Shown: positions 1 through 9,802 of the stretch, piece after piece | How positions within the stretch are numbered: the first letter of the stretch is position 1 | How the letters are laid out: the number at the start of each line of letters is the position of its first letter | Origin: Eubacteriales bacterium | GTDB taxonomy: Bacteria > Bacillota > Clostridia > Oscillospirales > CAG-272 | Direction: 5' to 3' | Assembly: GCA_045655765.1 (NCBI GenBank) | Contig: JAZOQA010000057.1 | Coordinates: 1 to 56,559 of the forward strand | Length of the DNA stretch: 56,559 nt | Program-made: the position numbers and the translations under genes | The notes under the pieces: generated by a model | Database searches by the model: none | What the model was told of the DNA's origin: nothing | Seen by the model: the letters and a program-made list of their open reading frames with translations, nothing else

Positions 1-524
1 AAGTAGTAAGCCATCCCCAAGCGCTCGGTCAATGCGCAGATTACATCAAAGAAAAGGGATTTATACAGCACGAGTATACGAATACGGCTTTGGCGGCAAA
101 ATTCGTTTCGGAGCACAAGGATAAATCCATTGCAGCAATAGCAAGCAAGGAAGCCGCGGAAATATTCGGGCTTGAGGTGCTTGAGAGGAACATAAACGCA
201 AGCCGAAGCAATACCACACGCTTTGCAGTATTCTCCAGAGCGGAAAACGTACACCCCTCTACCGAGATGGGCGTGCACACGGTTCTTCTCTTCACAGTAC
301 GCAACGAGGCAGGTGCGCTTGCGAAGGCTATAGATATTATAGGAAAGCACGGATTCAACATGAGAAGCATACGCAGCCACCCCATGAAGGAGCTTCTGTG
401 GCAATACTATTTCTACGTTGAGGCAGAGGGAAACATTTATACGGAGCTCGGAGAAAAAATGCTGAAGGAGCTGTCTCTTTATTGCGACAGACTGAAGCCT
501 ATTGGAACTTATATTAAGGATTAA
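1..524 (+). CDS. pheA: prephenate dehydratase, C-terminal part (5' end lies outside the window)
   Basis: The frame is open from base 3 (VVSHPQALGQCADYI...) into ORF 90..524. It has the NTTRF motif of the PDT catalytic domain, then an ACT domain (LLFTVRNEAGALAKAIDIIGKHGFNMRSIRSHP). It sits at the head of the aro operon. Confidence 0.85.
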   Translation, partial: VVSHPQALGQCADYIKEKGFIQHEYTNTALAAKFVSEHKDKSIAAIASKEAAEIFGLEVLERNINASRSNTTRFAVFSRAENVHPSTEMGVHTVLLFTVRNEAGALAKAIDIIGKHGFNMRSIRSHPMKELLWQYYFYVEAEGNIYTELGEKMLKELSLYCDRLKPIGTYIKD

Positions 525-569
525 TTTAACACGGGGCGGTATTTGCCGCAAAAAACAAGGAGAAAAGTT

Positions 570-1574
570 ATGCATAAGCTAAATGTGAGCCTCGGGGAGG
601 CAAGCTACGACATATACGTCGGCAAAGGCATCCTGAAGGACGCAAAAGAGCTATTTGATTTAAATGGAAAGGTCTTCATTCTGACAGATTCGGGTGTGCC
701 GCAATCTTATGCACAAATCATTAAAGAGTCGGCGGATGATGCTATTATCTATACAGTAGAGTGTGGAGAGGGGGCAAAGTCGCTCGGAGTTCTTGAAGAG
801 GTGCTTATGGCTATGCTGAATTTCGGTATGGGACGCACTGACACGCTAGTTGCTGTCGGCGGCGGAGTTGTCGGAGACCTTGGCGGCTTTGCTGCGGCAA
901 CCTATATGCGAGGTATAGATTTTTATGACGTGCCCACCACCCTACTCTCCCAGGTGGATTCATCAATAGGCGGAAAGGTGGCGGTCAATCTTGCCGGAGT
1001 CAAAAACACCGTCGGTGCATTCCACCAGCCTAAGGGTGTGTTGATTGATACGGACACCCTTAAAACTCTCCCCGAAAGGCAAATTTCAAACGGACTTGCA
1101 GAGGTAATAAAAATGGCCGCTACCTCGGATAGAGAGCTTTTCGAAAAGCTTGAGGGGGAGGGCTTCACGGACGAAAGCTGCGAGGAAATCATTATCGCAT
1201 CACTTAAAATAAAGAAATCGGTTGTAGAGGTAGATGAAAAGGAAACGGGACTGCGTAAAATCCTCAATTTCGGACACACACTCGGACACGGAATAGAGGC
1301 AAGCCAGCTTGGCACACTTTTCCACGGTGAATGCGTGGCTCTCGGTATGCTGGCAACTGCATCTGGTGAGGCGAAGAAAAGAATTTTCGAGCTTTGTAAA
1401 AATGTCGGTCTTCCTATGGAATATAAGTACGACCTTGAAAAGTCACTTAGCTACGTTACACACGACAAAAAATGTCAAGGTGGCTGTGTAAGCACCGTAC
1501 TTGTTGACAAAATCGGAAGCTGTAAAATCGAAAAGCTGACAGTCAGTGAGTTTGAAAGCCTTGCAAGAGGGTAA
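570..1574 (+). CDS. aroB: 3-dehydroquinate synthase
   Basis: Has GGGVVGDLGGFAAATYMRGIDFYDVPTTLLSQVDSSIGGK and the metal-site HTLGHGIE/HGECVALG motifs. I moved the start to ATG 570, which follows AAGGAGA; the ORF-track start at 543 has no RBS. Confidence 0.9.
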   Translation: MHKLNVSLGEASYDIYVGKGILKDAKELFDLNGKVFILTDSGVPQSYAQIIKESADDAIIYTVECGEGAKSLGVLEEVLMAMLNFGMGRTDTLVAVGGGVVGDLGGFAAATYMRGIDFYDVPTTLLSQVDSSIGGKVAVNLAGVKNTVGAFHQPKGVLIDTDTLKTLPERQISNGLAEVIKMAATSDRELFEKLEGEGFTDESCEEIIIASLKIKKSVVEVDEKETGLRKILNFGHTLGHGIEASQLGTLFHGECVALGMLATASGEAKKRIFELCKNVGLPMEYKYDLEKSLSYVTHDKKCQGGCVSTVLVDKIGSCKIEKLTVSEFESLARG

Positions 1575-1680
1575 AACTCCTCATAGCGTGAGAGCATTAT
1601 ATGTGTTTGTTTATACTTTGATTTTTTCACGCCCAAATTTTGTGCTGTCGCCCACGCACGGCGACTGAATGGAGATTAAA

Positions 1681-2784
1681 ATGAAAAACACCTTTGGAAA
1701 TGCTATTTTGGTAACAATATTCGGTGAAAGTCACGGACCGTACATCGGTGCTGTCCTTGACGGTATTGCACCGGGTATAAAAATAGACAGAGAATATATC
1801 CAAAAGAAGCTTTCAAAAAGACGCCCGAGCGAAAGAATTTCGACGGGGCGGCACGAGTCCGATGAATTTCAAATTATAAGCGGCGAGCTTGACGGGTATA
1901 CGACGGGAACAGCACTCACTATTCTTATTCCTAACAAGGATACAAGAAGTGCGGACTACTCTTCCCTTTTGACAACACCCCGTCCGTCGCACGCAGACTA
2001 CACGGCACAGTGCAAGTATCACGGCTTTCAGGACTTTCGAGGAGGCGGACACTTTTCGGGCAGAGTTACTGCGGCACTTGTGGCAATCGGTGCTGTACTT
2101 GAGTCAGCGCTTCTTAAAAAAGGAATAAAAATAGGCACTCATATAAAGGAGCTTTTTGGCGAGCGTGACCGTGATTTTCTTGACACGGGTGCGGACATAG
2201 AGACTCTTACATCACTTAACTTTCCTGTTCTTGACACCGAAGTCGAAAAAAGAATGCGTGGCGTAATCGAGCGTGCCGCAAAGGACGGCGACAGTGTTGG
2301 CGGCGTGCTTGAAAGCGTTGTTCTCGGTGTCCCCTCCGGTGTTGGAGAGCCTTGGTTTGACAGTGTGGAGAGCGAGCTTGCACATATCCTTTTCTCCGTT
2401 CCTGCTGTAAAGGGGGTAGAATTTGGCAAGGGCTTTGGCTTCTCTGAGCTTTACGGTAGCGAGGCTAACGACCCGTTTAGAACAGACGGGGAAAAAATTT
2501 ATACAACCACGAACAACAGTGGCGGTATAAACGGCGGTATTACAAACGGAATGCCTATAATATTCCGCACTGCAATTAAGCCCACACCATCTATATATAA
2601 GACACAAAAAACCGTCAATCTTGTGACGGGTGAAAACACAGAAATAAAAGTTGAGGGTAGACACGACCCAGCTATTATTCACAGAGCTGCCGCTGTGGTT
2701 GATGCAGCTGCGGCTATTGCAATAGCCGACCTGCTCACTGTGCGTTACGGCACGGATTTCCTTGCAATGGAAAAGAAAAAATAA
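1681..2784 (+). CDS. aroC: chorismate synthase
   Basis: N-terminal FGESHGP, plus GGGHFSGR and EGRHDPAI signatures. ATG 1681 lies 6 nt after GGAG (1671-1674), so it is preferred over ATG 1669. Confidence 0.92.
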   Translation: MKNTFGNAILVTIFGESHGPYIGAVLDGIAPGIKIDREYIQKKLSKRRPSERISTGRHESDEFQIISGELDGYTTGTALTILIPNKDTRSADYSSLLTTPRPSHADYTAQCKYHGFQDFRGGGHFSGRVTAALVAIGAVLESALLKKGIKIGTHIKELFGERDRDFLDTGADIETLTSLNFPVLDTEVEKRMRGVIERAAKDGDSVGGVLESVVLGVPSGVGEPWFDSVESELAHILFSVPAVKGVEFGKGFGFSELYGSEANDPFRTDGEKIYTTTNNSGGINGGITNGMPIIFRTAIKPTPSIYKTQKTVNLVTGENTEIKVEGRHDPAIIHRAAAVVDAAAAIAIADLLTVRYGTDFLAMEKKK

Positions 2785-2804
2785 ACAAACTACGGAGGCA
2801 CACT

Positions 2805-4037
2805 TTGGAATATGGATGCATAGGAGAAAAGCTCGGACACAGCTTTTCTTCACAGATACACGGACTGCTTGCAGATTACAAATACGAGCTTTGCGAGATT
2901 GAACGTGACAAACTCGATGCTTTTATGACTGAGCGTAATTTCAAGGCTATAAACGTGACTATTCCCTACAAAGAGGCTGTAATTCGATACCTTTCAAAAA
3001 TTGATGATGCGGCAAAGAGCATAGGAGCAGTAAATACTGTAGTAAACCGAGGTGGTGAGCTTTTTGGATACAACACCGATTTTTACGGCCTAACACGGCT
3101 GATAGAGCGTTCGGGAATTTGTATAAAAGACAAAAGCGTTGCCGTGCTCGGTACGGGCGGAACCTCAAAAACAGCCGTTTGTGTAGCGAAAAGTTTCGGT
3201 GCGAAAGAGGTATTCAAGGTTTCAAGAAAAAGCTCCCCCGAAGCGGTAAGCTATGCCGAGCTTTACGAAAATCACCTTGATACGGAAATAATAATCAACA
3301 CCACGCCCGTCGGAATGTACCCAAACGTATGCGGTGCGGCAGTTGACGTTTCAAAATTTCCAAAGCTATGTGGCGTAATAGATGCGGTGTACAACCCGCA
3401 AAGAACCGACTTGGTTCTTTTTGCAAGGGAGCTTGGAATCCCTGCTGTGGGCGGTCTTTATATGCTAGTCGCACAGGCGGTGAGGGCATCGGAAATCTTC
3501 ACCGACACAAAATATCCCGAGGGCGAGTGTGATAGAATATATGAGCTTCTCTCAAGAGAAAAAGAAAATATAGTGCTGATAGGTATGCCCTCCTCGGGAA
3601 AAAGCACAGTCGGAAAAATTTTAAATGAAAAGCTGCACCGTGAGCTTATAGACACAGATAGTCTCTTTGAAGAGCGGGTCGGTATGAAGATACCCGAGTA
3701 TTTTGCACTTTTTGGCGAGGAAGCATTCCGCAAAAAAGAGAGCGAAATAATTGAGGACGTGTCAAAATACAGTGGTAAAATTATTGCCACGGGCGGCGGT
3801 GCGGTTTTAAAGTCGGAAAACGTGCGTGCACTTAAGAGAAACGGCAAGCTGTTCTTCCTTGACCGTCCGCTTGAATGCCTTATTCCAACATCCGACAGAC
3901 CTCTTGCAAGCGACAAAGATGCACTTTTTCTGCGTTACTCCGAAAGATACGGAATTTACACCTCGGCGGCAGACGTCATAATTACTGCTGAGTGTGATGC
4001 GAATTTTGTGGCAGAGAAAATAGGAGAAAATTTATGA
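2805..4037 (+). CDS. aroE/aroK: bifunctional shikimate dehydrogenase / shikimate kinase (fusion)
   Basis: Residues 1-250 are AroE-like (NVTIPYKE, GAVNTV, Rossmann GTGGTSK, NTTPVGM). Residues ~255-410 are AroK-like (Walker A GMPSSGKST, DTD, ATGGGAV). The start is TTG, 6 nt after GGAGG (2794-2798). Confidence 0.88.
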   Translation: MEYGCIGEKLGHSFSSQIHGLLADYKYELCEIERDKLDAFMTERNFKAINVTIPYKEAVIRYLSKIDDAAKSIGAVNTVVNRGGELFGYNTDFYGLTRLIERSGICIKDKSVAVLGTGGTSKTAVCVAKSFGAKEVFKVSRKSSPEAVSYAELYENHLDTEIIINTTPVGMYPNVCGAAVDVSKFPKLCGVIDAVYNPQRTDLVLFARELGIPAVGGLYMLVAQAVRASEIFTDTKYPEGECDRIYELLSREKENIVLIGMPSSGKSTVGKILNEKLHRELIDTDSLFEERVGMKIPEYFALFGEEAFRKKESEIIEDVSKYSGKIIATGGGAVLKSENVRALKRNGKLFFLDRPLECLIPTSDRPLASDKDALFLRYSERYGIYTSAADVIITAECDANFVAEKIGENL

Positions 4038-4489
4038 AGCTTTATGTAATCAACGGTCCCAACCTTAATATGCTTGGTATAAGAGAGCCTGACCAGTACG
4101 GAAAAGCAAGCTACGGTGAATTAGTCGGGACAGTAGAACGATATTGCACCGAGTGCGGTGTGGAATGCGTTATATTTCAATCAAATCACGAGGGAGCCCT
4201 TGTAGATAAAATTCAAGAGGCATACTTTAACTGTGCTGACGGTATAGTTATCAACCCCGGGGCATATACGCATACGAGCATTGCTCTCCTCGATGCACTG
4301 AAAGCGACAAGGCTTCCCACGGTTGAGGTGCATATCTCAAGGGTGGAGGAGCGTGAGGACTTCAGACAAGTGAGCTATGTACGAGCGGCTGCCGTCAAGA
4401 CTATCACAGGTCACGGCATCAATGGCTATACCGAGGCAATAAGCTTTCTCGTTGAGTTTCTTAAAAAAACGGAGACGGAAGATAAATGA
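4034..4489 (+). CDS. aroQ: type II 3-dehydroquinate dehydratase
   Basis: INGPNLNMLGIREP, NPGAYTHTS and HISRVEEREDFR motifs. Its start overlaps the aroE/K stop (ATGA). Confidence 0.93.
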   Translation: MKLYVINGPNLNMLGIREPDQYGKASYGELVGTVERYCTECGVECVIFQSNHEGALVDKIQEAYFNCADGIVINPGAYTHTSIALLDALKATRLPTVEVHISRVEEREDFRQVSYVRAAAVKTITGHGINGYTEAISFLVEFLKKTETEDK

Positions 4490-5694
4490 AAATAAGGATA
4501 GAAAAAGGAAAAGCAAAGGGCAAAATCAGAGTTCCGTCATCAAAAAGTATGGCACACAGAATGCTGATTTGTGCCGCTATGTGTGACGGTGTCAGCACGG
4601 TCAGGGGCATTTCTCCCTGCGAGGATGTCAGTGCAACGATAGACTGCCTTAGTGCTTTGGGAATTAAAATAGAGTGTCAGGGCGATGAGGTAAAGGTGCA
4701 CGGCAAGAGCTTTGCCGAGCTTCAACCAAGTGACACTCTTAGGTGCAGAGAGAGCGGAAGCACTCTACGCTTTCTTATTCCTATTGCGATGATGTCGGGC
4801 AAAACGGCAATGTTCTGCGGTGCGGAGGGGCTGTTTTCAAGACCTATGGACGTTTACGAGGCTATTTTCAGAGAAAAAGGTCACACTTTTCTTTCGGACG
4901 GAAACACTATAACAGTCAAGGGACCTCTTGAGGGTGGAGAGTTTACGGTAGTCGGAAATATCAGCAGTCAGTTCATAAGCGGTCTTCTTTTCGCACTTCC
5001 CGGAGCAAAAAAAGACAGTATAATCAGAATTGTTCCGCCGATTGAAAGCCGTTCATATATAAATTTGACGCTTGAAGCTCTGAATCTTTTTGGAATTGAG
5101 GCATACTTTCGAGATGAGTATACCATTTTCATCAAGGGAGGACAAAAACCTACTGCCTGCGACGTTACCGTTGAGGGAGATTTTTCGGGAGCAGCATTTA
5201 TTGATGCCTTGAACGCATTTGATTCAGACGTAATCATAGAGGGACTTCGCCCCGAGAGCAAGCAGGGCGACAAGATATATAAAAAATACTTTGATATGCT
5301 CGGTGCGGGAATTCCTACAGTACATATAGGAGACTGCCCCGACCTCGGTCCTGTGCTTTTTGCTGTTGCGGCGGCAAAGTCGGGCGGAATTTTCGACGGA
5401 ACAAGACGTCTTAAAATAAAGGAAAGCGACAGAGCTGCCTCAATGGCGGAGGAGTTAAAGAAATTCGGTGCTTCGGTGACGGTATACGACGACACTGTGG
5501 TGGTTTATCCTAAGGATTTTCACGCACCCACGGAGCCACTTTGCGGTCATAACGACCACAGAATCGTTATGTCCCTTGCTATTTTGCTCACTCTTACGGG
5601 CGGTGAAATAGACGGAGCGGAGGCGGTAAGCAAAAGCTACCCCGAATTCTTCGAGCATCTGTCAAAGCTTGGTATAAGGGTTACAAAAATATGA
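4486..5694 (+). CDS. aroA: 3-phosphoshikimate 1-carboxyvinyltransferase (EPSP synthase)
   Basis: VPSSKSMAHRMLICAA, RESGSTLRF and DHRIVMS motifs. Its start overlaps the aroQ stop. Confidence 0.93.
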   Translation: MKIRIEKGKAKGKIRVPSSKSMAHRMLICAAMCDGVSTVRGISPCEDVSATIDCLSALGIKIECQGDEVKVHGKSFAELQPSDTLRCRESGSTLRFLIPIAMMSGKTAMFCGAEGLFSRPMDVYEAIFREKGHTFLSDGNTITVKGPLEGGEFTVVGNISSQFISGLLFALPGAKKDSIIRIVPPIESRSYINLTLEALNLFGIEAYFRDEYTIFIKGGQKPTACDVTVEGDFSGAAFIDALNAFDSDVIIEGLRPESKQGDKIYKKYFDMLGAGIPTVHIGDCPDLGPVLFAVAAAKSGGIFDGTRRLKIKESDRAASMAEELKKFGASVTVYDDTVVVYPKDFHAPTEPLCGHNDHRIVMSLAILLTLTGGEIDGAEAVSKSYPEFFEHLSKLGIRVTKI

Positions 5695-6554
5695 AATTCG
5701 ATAAAGAAACGAACATTTTAATAATAGGTCTCGGTGTAATAGGCGGAAGCTATGCCAAAGCACTCACCGAAAAGGGCTACAAGGTTGACACCATAACAAA
5801 GGAGCAGTCGAGCATCGACTACGCAAAATCGTGCGGAATGATACGCTACGGCACAACAGAGGTTGAAGAAGAGCTTGTGTCGGCAGCTGACCTTATTATT
5901 TTCGCTATTTACCCTGCCGCATTTGTTGAGTGGGTTAAAAAATATGCTCACTTATTCAAAAAGGGTGCGTGGGTAACGGACGTTTGCGGTGTTAAAGGAC
6001 GTGTGGTATACGATGTAGAGGCAATTATGCCCGAGGGTGTTGAATTTATTTCAGCACACCCGATGGCAGGACGTGAGCAAAGCGGTGTTGAGTTCAGCGA
6101 CCCGTCGGTTTTCAAGGGAGCAAACTACATTGTCACACCGACAGAAAAAAACTCAAAAGAAGCTATAGACCTATGCAAAAGACTCGGTGAGGAGCTTGGA
6201 TTTTCAAGAATTTCGGAGCTTTCTCCCAAGGAGCACGACGTTATGATAGGCTTCCTCTCACAGCTGACGCACTGCATTGCGGTTACTCTTATGAATTGCA
6301 GCACGGCGGACGGTCTTGAAAAGTATACGGGTGACTCGTTCCGTGACCTAACGAGGATTGCAAAAATAAACGATATGATGTGGAGTGAGCTTTTCATCAG
6401 CAACAAGGATGCACTTATATATCAAATGGATACTTTTATTAAAGAATTTTCGGATTTCAGATGGCTTATAGCTAATGAAAACCGAGATGAAATGCGTCAA
6501 AAAATGCGTGCATCCACGGAAAGAAGAAAGCTCTTCGACAAGCCAAAAAAATAA
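5691..6554 (+). CDS. tyrA: prephenate dehydrogenase
   Basis: N-terminal Rossmann motif IIGLGVIGGSYAKAL, plus the SAHPMAGRE motif. Its start overlaps the aroA stop. Confidence 0.85.
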   Translation: MKFDKETNILIIGLGVIGGSYAKALTEKGYKVDTITKEQSSIDYAKSCGMIRYGTTEVEEELVSAADLIIFAIYPAAFVEWVKKYAHLFKKGAWVTDVCGVKGRVVYDVEAIMPEGVEFISAHPMAGREQSGVEFSDPSVFKGANYIVTPTEKNSKEAIDLCKRLGEELGFSRISELSPKEHDVMIGFLSQLTHCIAVTLMNCSTADGLEKYTGDSFRDLTRIAKINDMMWSELFISNKDALIYQMDTFIKEFSDFRWLIANENRDEMRQKMRASTERRKLFDKPKK

Positions 6555-6578
6555 TTTTTATTTGAGGAATTTATAAAA

Positions 6579-7616
6579 ATGAACAAAAATATGATATTTT
6601 ACAGAAAGCTACCTATCCCGCAGGAGATAAAGGAAAAATTCCCTCTTACAGCCGCTGTTGCTAAGACAAGAGAGAATAGGGTTGAGCAAATCAGCAAGAT
6701 TTTCCGTGGTGAGGACGACCGTTTGATTCTCGTAATCGGTCCCTGCTCTGCCGACAGAGAGGACGCTGTGCTCGATTATATGTACAAGCTTCGCACAGTC
6801 GAGGAAAAGGTCAAGGACAAAATTATGATAGTTCCTCGAATCTACACAAACAAGCCCCGCACAACGGGTGAGGGCTATAAAGGTATGCTCCACCAGCCCG
6901 ACCCCAACGCCGAGCCGGATATGTTAAAGGGTATAGTGGCGATAAGGAAGCTGCATATGAGAGCTATTGAAGAAACAGGCTTCGGTTGTGCTGACGAGAT
7001 GCTTTATCCCGAGAACTACAAGTACCTATCCGATCTTTTGACTTACGTTGCAGTGGGTGCCCGTTCAAGCGAGGATCAGCAGCATAGACTTACGGCAAGC
7101 GGAATTGACATTCCCGTAGGTATGAAGAATCCGACGAGCGGTGATATTTCCGTAATGATGAACTCTATTAAGGCGGCACAAAGCTCACATATTTTCTGCT
7201 ACCGTGGCTGGGAGGCAAAGACTCTCGGCAACCCTCTTGCACACGCAATATTGAGGGGGTATGTAGATAAATACGGCAAATCCTTCTCCAATTATCATTA
7301 CGAGGACCTCTATTCTCTTTGGGAGGAATATCAAAAGGCAGGGCTTGCAAACCCAGCTGTAATAGTTGACACAAATCACGCAAATTCGGGAAAGAAATAT
7401 TTTGAGCAACCGAGAATTGCAAAGGAAATTCTACACGCCTGCCGTCATTCCTCTGAAATCAAGAGTATAGTCAAGGGACTTATGATAGAAAGCTACCTCG
7501 AAGACGGCTGCCAGAAAATTTCCGCCGACGAGGTTTACGGCAAATCAATCACCGACCCTTGCCTTGGTTGGGAAAAGACAGAGCGTCTTATACTCGAGCT
7601 TGCAGACGTTCTTTAA
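6579..7616 (+). CDS. aroG: 3-deoxy-7-phosphoheptulonate (DAHP) synthase, class I-alpha (AroF/G/H-like)
   Basis: VIGPCS, KPRTT, GARSSEDQQHR and VGMKNPTSG align to E. coli AroG motifs recalled from memory. Confidence 0.88.
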   Translation: MNKNMIFYRKLPIPQEIKEKFPLTAAVAKTRENRVEQISKIFRGEDDRLILVIGPCSADREDAVLDYMYKLRTVEEKVKDKIMIVPRIYTNKPRTTGEGYKGMLHQPDPNAEPDMLKGIVAIRKLHMRAIEETGFGCADEMLYPENYKYLSDLLTYVAVGARSSEDQQHRLTASGIDIPVGMKNPTSGDISVMMNSIKAAQSSHIFCYRGWEAKTLGNPLAHAILRGYVDKYGKSFSNYHYEDLYSLWEEYQKAGLANPAVIVDTNHANSGKKYFEQPRIAKEILHACRHSSEIKSIVKGLMIESYLEDGCQKISADEVYGKSITDPCLGWEKTERLILELADVL

Positions 7617-7660
7617 AATAAAAAATCGTAGACCTTAAACCTTGGGGTCTTATAATTAAA

Positions 7661-7700
7661 ACAGGAGTACTGTGTAAATCACAGTACTCCTGTTCGTTTT
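7661..7700. terminator. bidirectional intrinsic terminator between the aro operon and the convergent transporter operon
   Basis: Perfect 14-bp stem acaggagtactgtg / cacagtactcctgt with a 5-nt loop. It is T-rich on both sides. Confidence 0.75.
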
Positions 7701-7734
7701 TATTTGGTTTTGTCTTAATGCGTAAAGCTTGTTT

Positions 7735-8820
7735 TTATCCAACAAGACCGGAACGCTCGATACCCTGAACGAGGTATTTCTGGCAGAAGAGGTAGATAAT
7801 AACAAGAGGAAAAATAATCATTATTCCCGCTGTGTTATTTATAACGCTCTTATAAACCGTCCAGCCCTTGAAGGTTGCATCCGTCAGGGACGGAGGCGTA
7901 GATTCAAGAATGTCAGGCATAAGGTACATTGCCTCACCCTTGGTAGCTGTTGCGAAGAACATTCCGTGATAGAACTGGTCAGTCCACTGCCACGAGAAGG
8001 AGAAGAGGAAGACTGTAATCATCATAGGAATGGCAAGGGGTATGATAATTCTGAAGAACGTACGGAATACGCCTGAACCGTCAACGTATGCAGACTCTTC
8101 AAGCTCGTCGGGAACGCCCTTGAAGAACTGACGAAGAAGGTAGATGTAAAGACCGTTCTTGAAAGCAAGTCCAAACACAGAGAAGATGAAATAAGGAACG
8201 GGAGTATTTTGAATAGAGACACGTCCTGAATCACTGAATATCTTTGTGAATGCACCAATCGGACCCTCATATCCCCACAGGAATTCCCAAGATTTAGGCT
8301 GCATTACATCAATGTCGGAGAGCCACATCTGAATGGAAAGGCTAAGTGTTTGGTGAGGAACAATCATCGTAAATACGACTATTGCCATTACAAGCTTGTT
8401 GCCCTTGAACTTGAACTTTGCAAGTCCATAACCAACAAGGCACGCAACGAAGGTCTGAATAAGTGCAACCGCAAGAGAAAGAAGTGCTGTGTTGAGAAGT
8501 GCGGTTAAATATTGATTTTCTGTAATCAAGAACTTATACTGCTCGAGGGTGAAGTTCTTTGCGACAAGAGTAACGGTCGGGTCAACGACGTCTGCTTTTG
8601 ACATAAATGAACCTGCAATCTTCGAGATGAATGGGAAAAGAATAACAAAGGAAACACCAAGCATCAATATGAAGCGGAAGATGTTAACAAGTACACGAAT
8701 CCAAGTATTTGATGCCTTGAGCTTTGCTTTCATTTTTTCCTTGAAGGTCATCTTGCCCTCGTAATCAACGTGGATTTTGTTCTTGGTTTCTTTTTTAATT
8801 ACTGTTTTCTGTGAATCCAT
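7735..8820 (-). CDS. carbohydrate ABC transporter permease (MalG-like, second pair), with long N-terminal and loop extensions
   Basis: Multi-TM protein with EAA loop LEESAYVDGSGVFRTFFRIIIPLAIP. AAGGAGG RBS lies 7 nt upstream. Confidence 0.85.
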   Translation of the reverse strand: MDSQKTVIKKETKNKIHVDYEGKMTFKEKMKAKLKASNTWIRVLVNIFRFILMLGVSFVILFPFISKIAGSFMSKADVVDPTVTLVAKNFTLEQYKFLITENQYLTALLNTALLSLAVALIQTFVACLVGYGLAKFKFKGNKLVMAIVVFTMIVPHQTLSLSIQMWLSDIDVMQPKSWEFLWGYEGPIGAFTKIFSDSGRVSIQNTPVPYFIFSVFGLAFKNGLYIYLLRQFFKGVPDELEESAYVDGSGVFRTFFRIIIPLAIPMMITVFLFSFSWQWTDQFYHGMFFATATKGEAMYLMPDILESTPPSLTDATFKGWTVYKSVINNTAGIMIIFPLVIIYLFCQKYLVQGIERSGLVG

Positions 8821-8833
8821 ATTGACTACCTCC

Positions 8834-9790
8834 TTAATCCCTTCTCTGATAGAATATGAACGATGACATAATTGCGGCTACGATTGCGATGATAAGGATT
8901 ACTGAAATGAAATAAATCCAATACATCGCAGATCCTTGACCAAGATTTCGGCTTGCCTCGCCTGCTATGTAAGACATCGCCACGTTCGTTTCTCGTGTAA
9001 AGGAGTCGATAACGGTATACACCGCATTAACAAGTATCATCGGTGAAATCATCGGGAATGTGACCTTCCAGAAGGTCTCCCAGCCGGTTGCACCGTCAAT
9101 ACGGCACGCCTCATAAATTTGAGGGGAGATTGACTGAAGTCCGGCAAGGAAGATAAGCATCTGTACACCAGAATAGTTGATAATGTTGTAAATATTGTTT
9201 ACAAGCTGAACTATATAGACAACAAGCTCTGCACCGACCTTCATATTTTCAAAGAGTGCCGCAACGTCAAACACAGAAATAATATCGCTCGCACCGGAGG
9301 ACCCACCGCCCTCTTGACCTGCAGACTCCATACCGTCCTGAGTTGCTTGTGTTGCAACATCGTTTGAAAGTCCCTCCATAATACCCGTTGCAATAATAAC
9401 GGGGACGAAGAAGATTGCACGGAAGATAGCTCGACCGAGCATCTTCTGGTTCAGAACAACCGCAATGAAAAGAGAGAAGATGATAATTGCGGGTACCTCA
9501 AATATGAGGTTCTGAAGACCTGAGAAAAGCTTTGTAATAAAGTCGGGCGACGTAACAAAAGCATACTTGTAATGCGAGAAGCCTACGAACTCAAGCACAC
9601 GGCGTGAACCGCCTGCGATTGTTTCGAGCTTGAGATTGGTCATACTGTACGTAACCGAGTCAATAAGAATCGGGAGGTACACGAAGAATATTCCGAGAAG
9701 GAAAGGCAGAACGAAAAGGTATCCCGCCTTCGCCTTCTTAGAGTCAAGGGACGCATTACGGTGCCTTTTTGGCAATTTTAATTTTTCCAT
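8834..9790 (-). CDS. sugar ABC transporter permease (MalF-like, second pair)
   Basis: EAA loop IYEACRIDGATGWETFWKVTFPMISP, six TM segments, and a Gly/Ser-rich external loop. Has an AAGGAGGG RBS. Confidence 0.85.
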   Translation of the reverse strand: MEKLKLPKRHRNASLDSKKAKAGYLFVLPFLLGIFFVYLPILIDSVTYSMTNLKLETIAGGSRRVLEFVGFSHYKYAFVTSPDFITKLFSGLQNLIFEVPAIIIFSLFIAVVLNQKMLGRAIFRAIFFVPVIIATGIMEGLSNDVATQATQDGMESAGQEGGGSSGASDIISVFDVAALFENMKVGAELVVYIVQLVNNIYNIINYSGVQMLIFLAGLQSISPQIYEACRIDGATGWETFWKVTFPMISPMILVNAVYTVIDSFTRETNVAMSYIAGEASRNLGQGSAMYWIYFISVILIIAIVAAIMSSFIFYQRRD

Positions 9791-9802
9791 TTTTGTCCCT
9801 CC

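Noticed and set aside
2212-2853. 213-aa minus-strand ORF opposite aroC
   Set aside because: It is antisense to a CDS with strong chorismate synthase signatures, and it sits inside a tightly coupled plus-strand operon.
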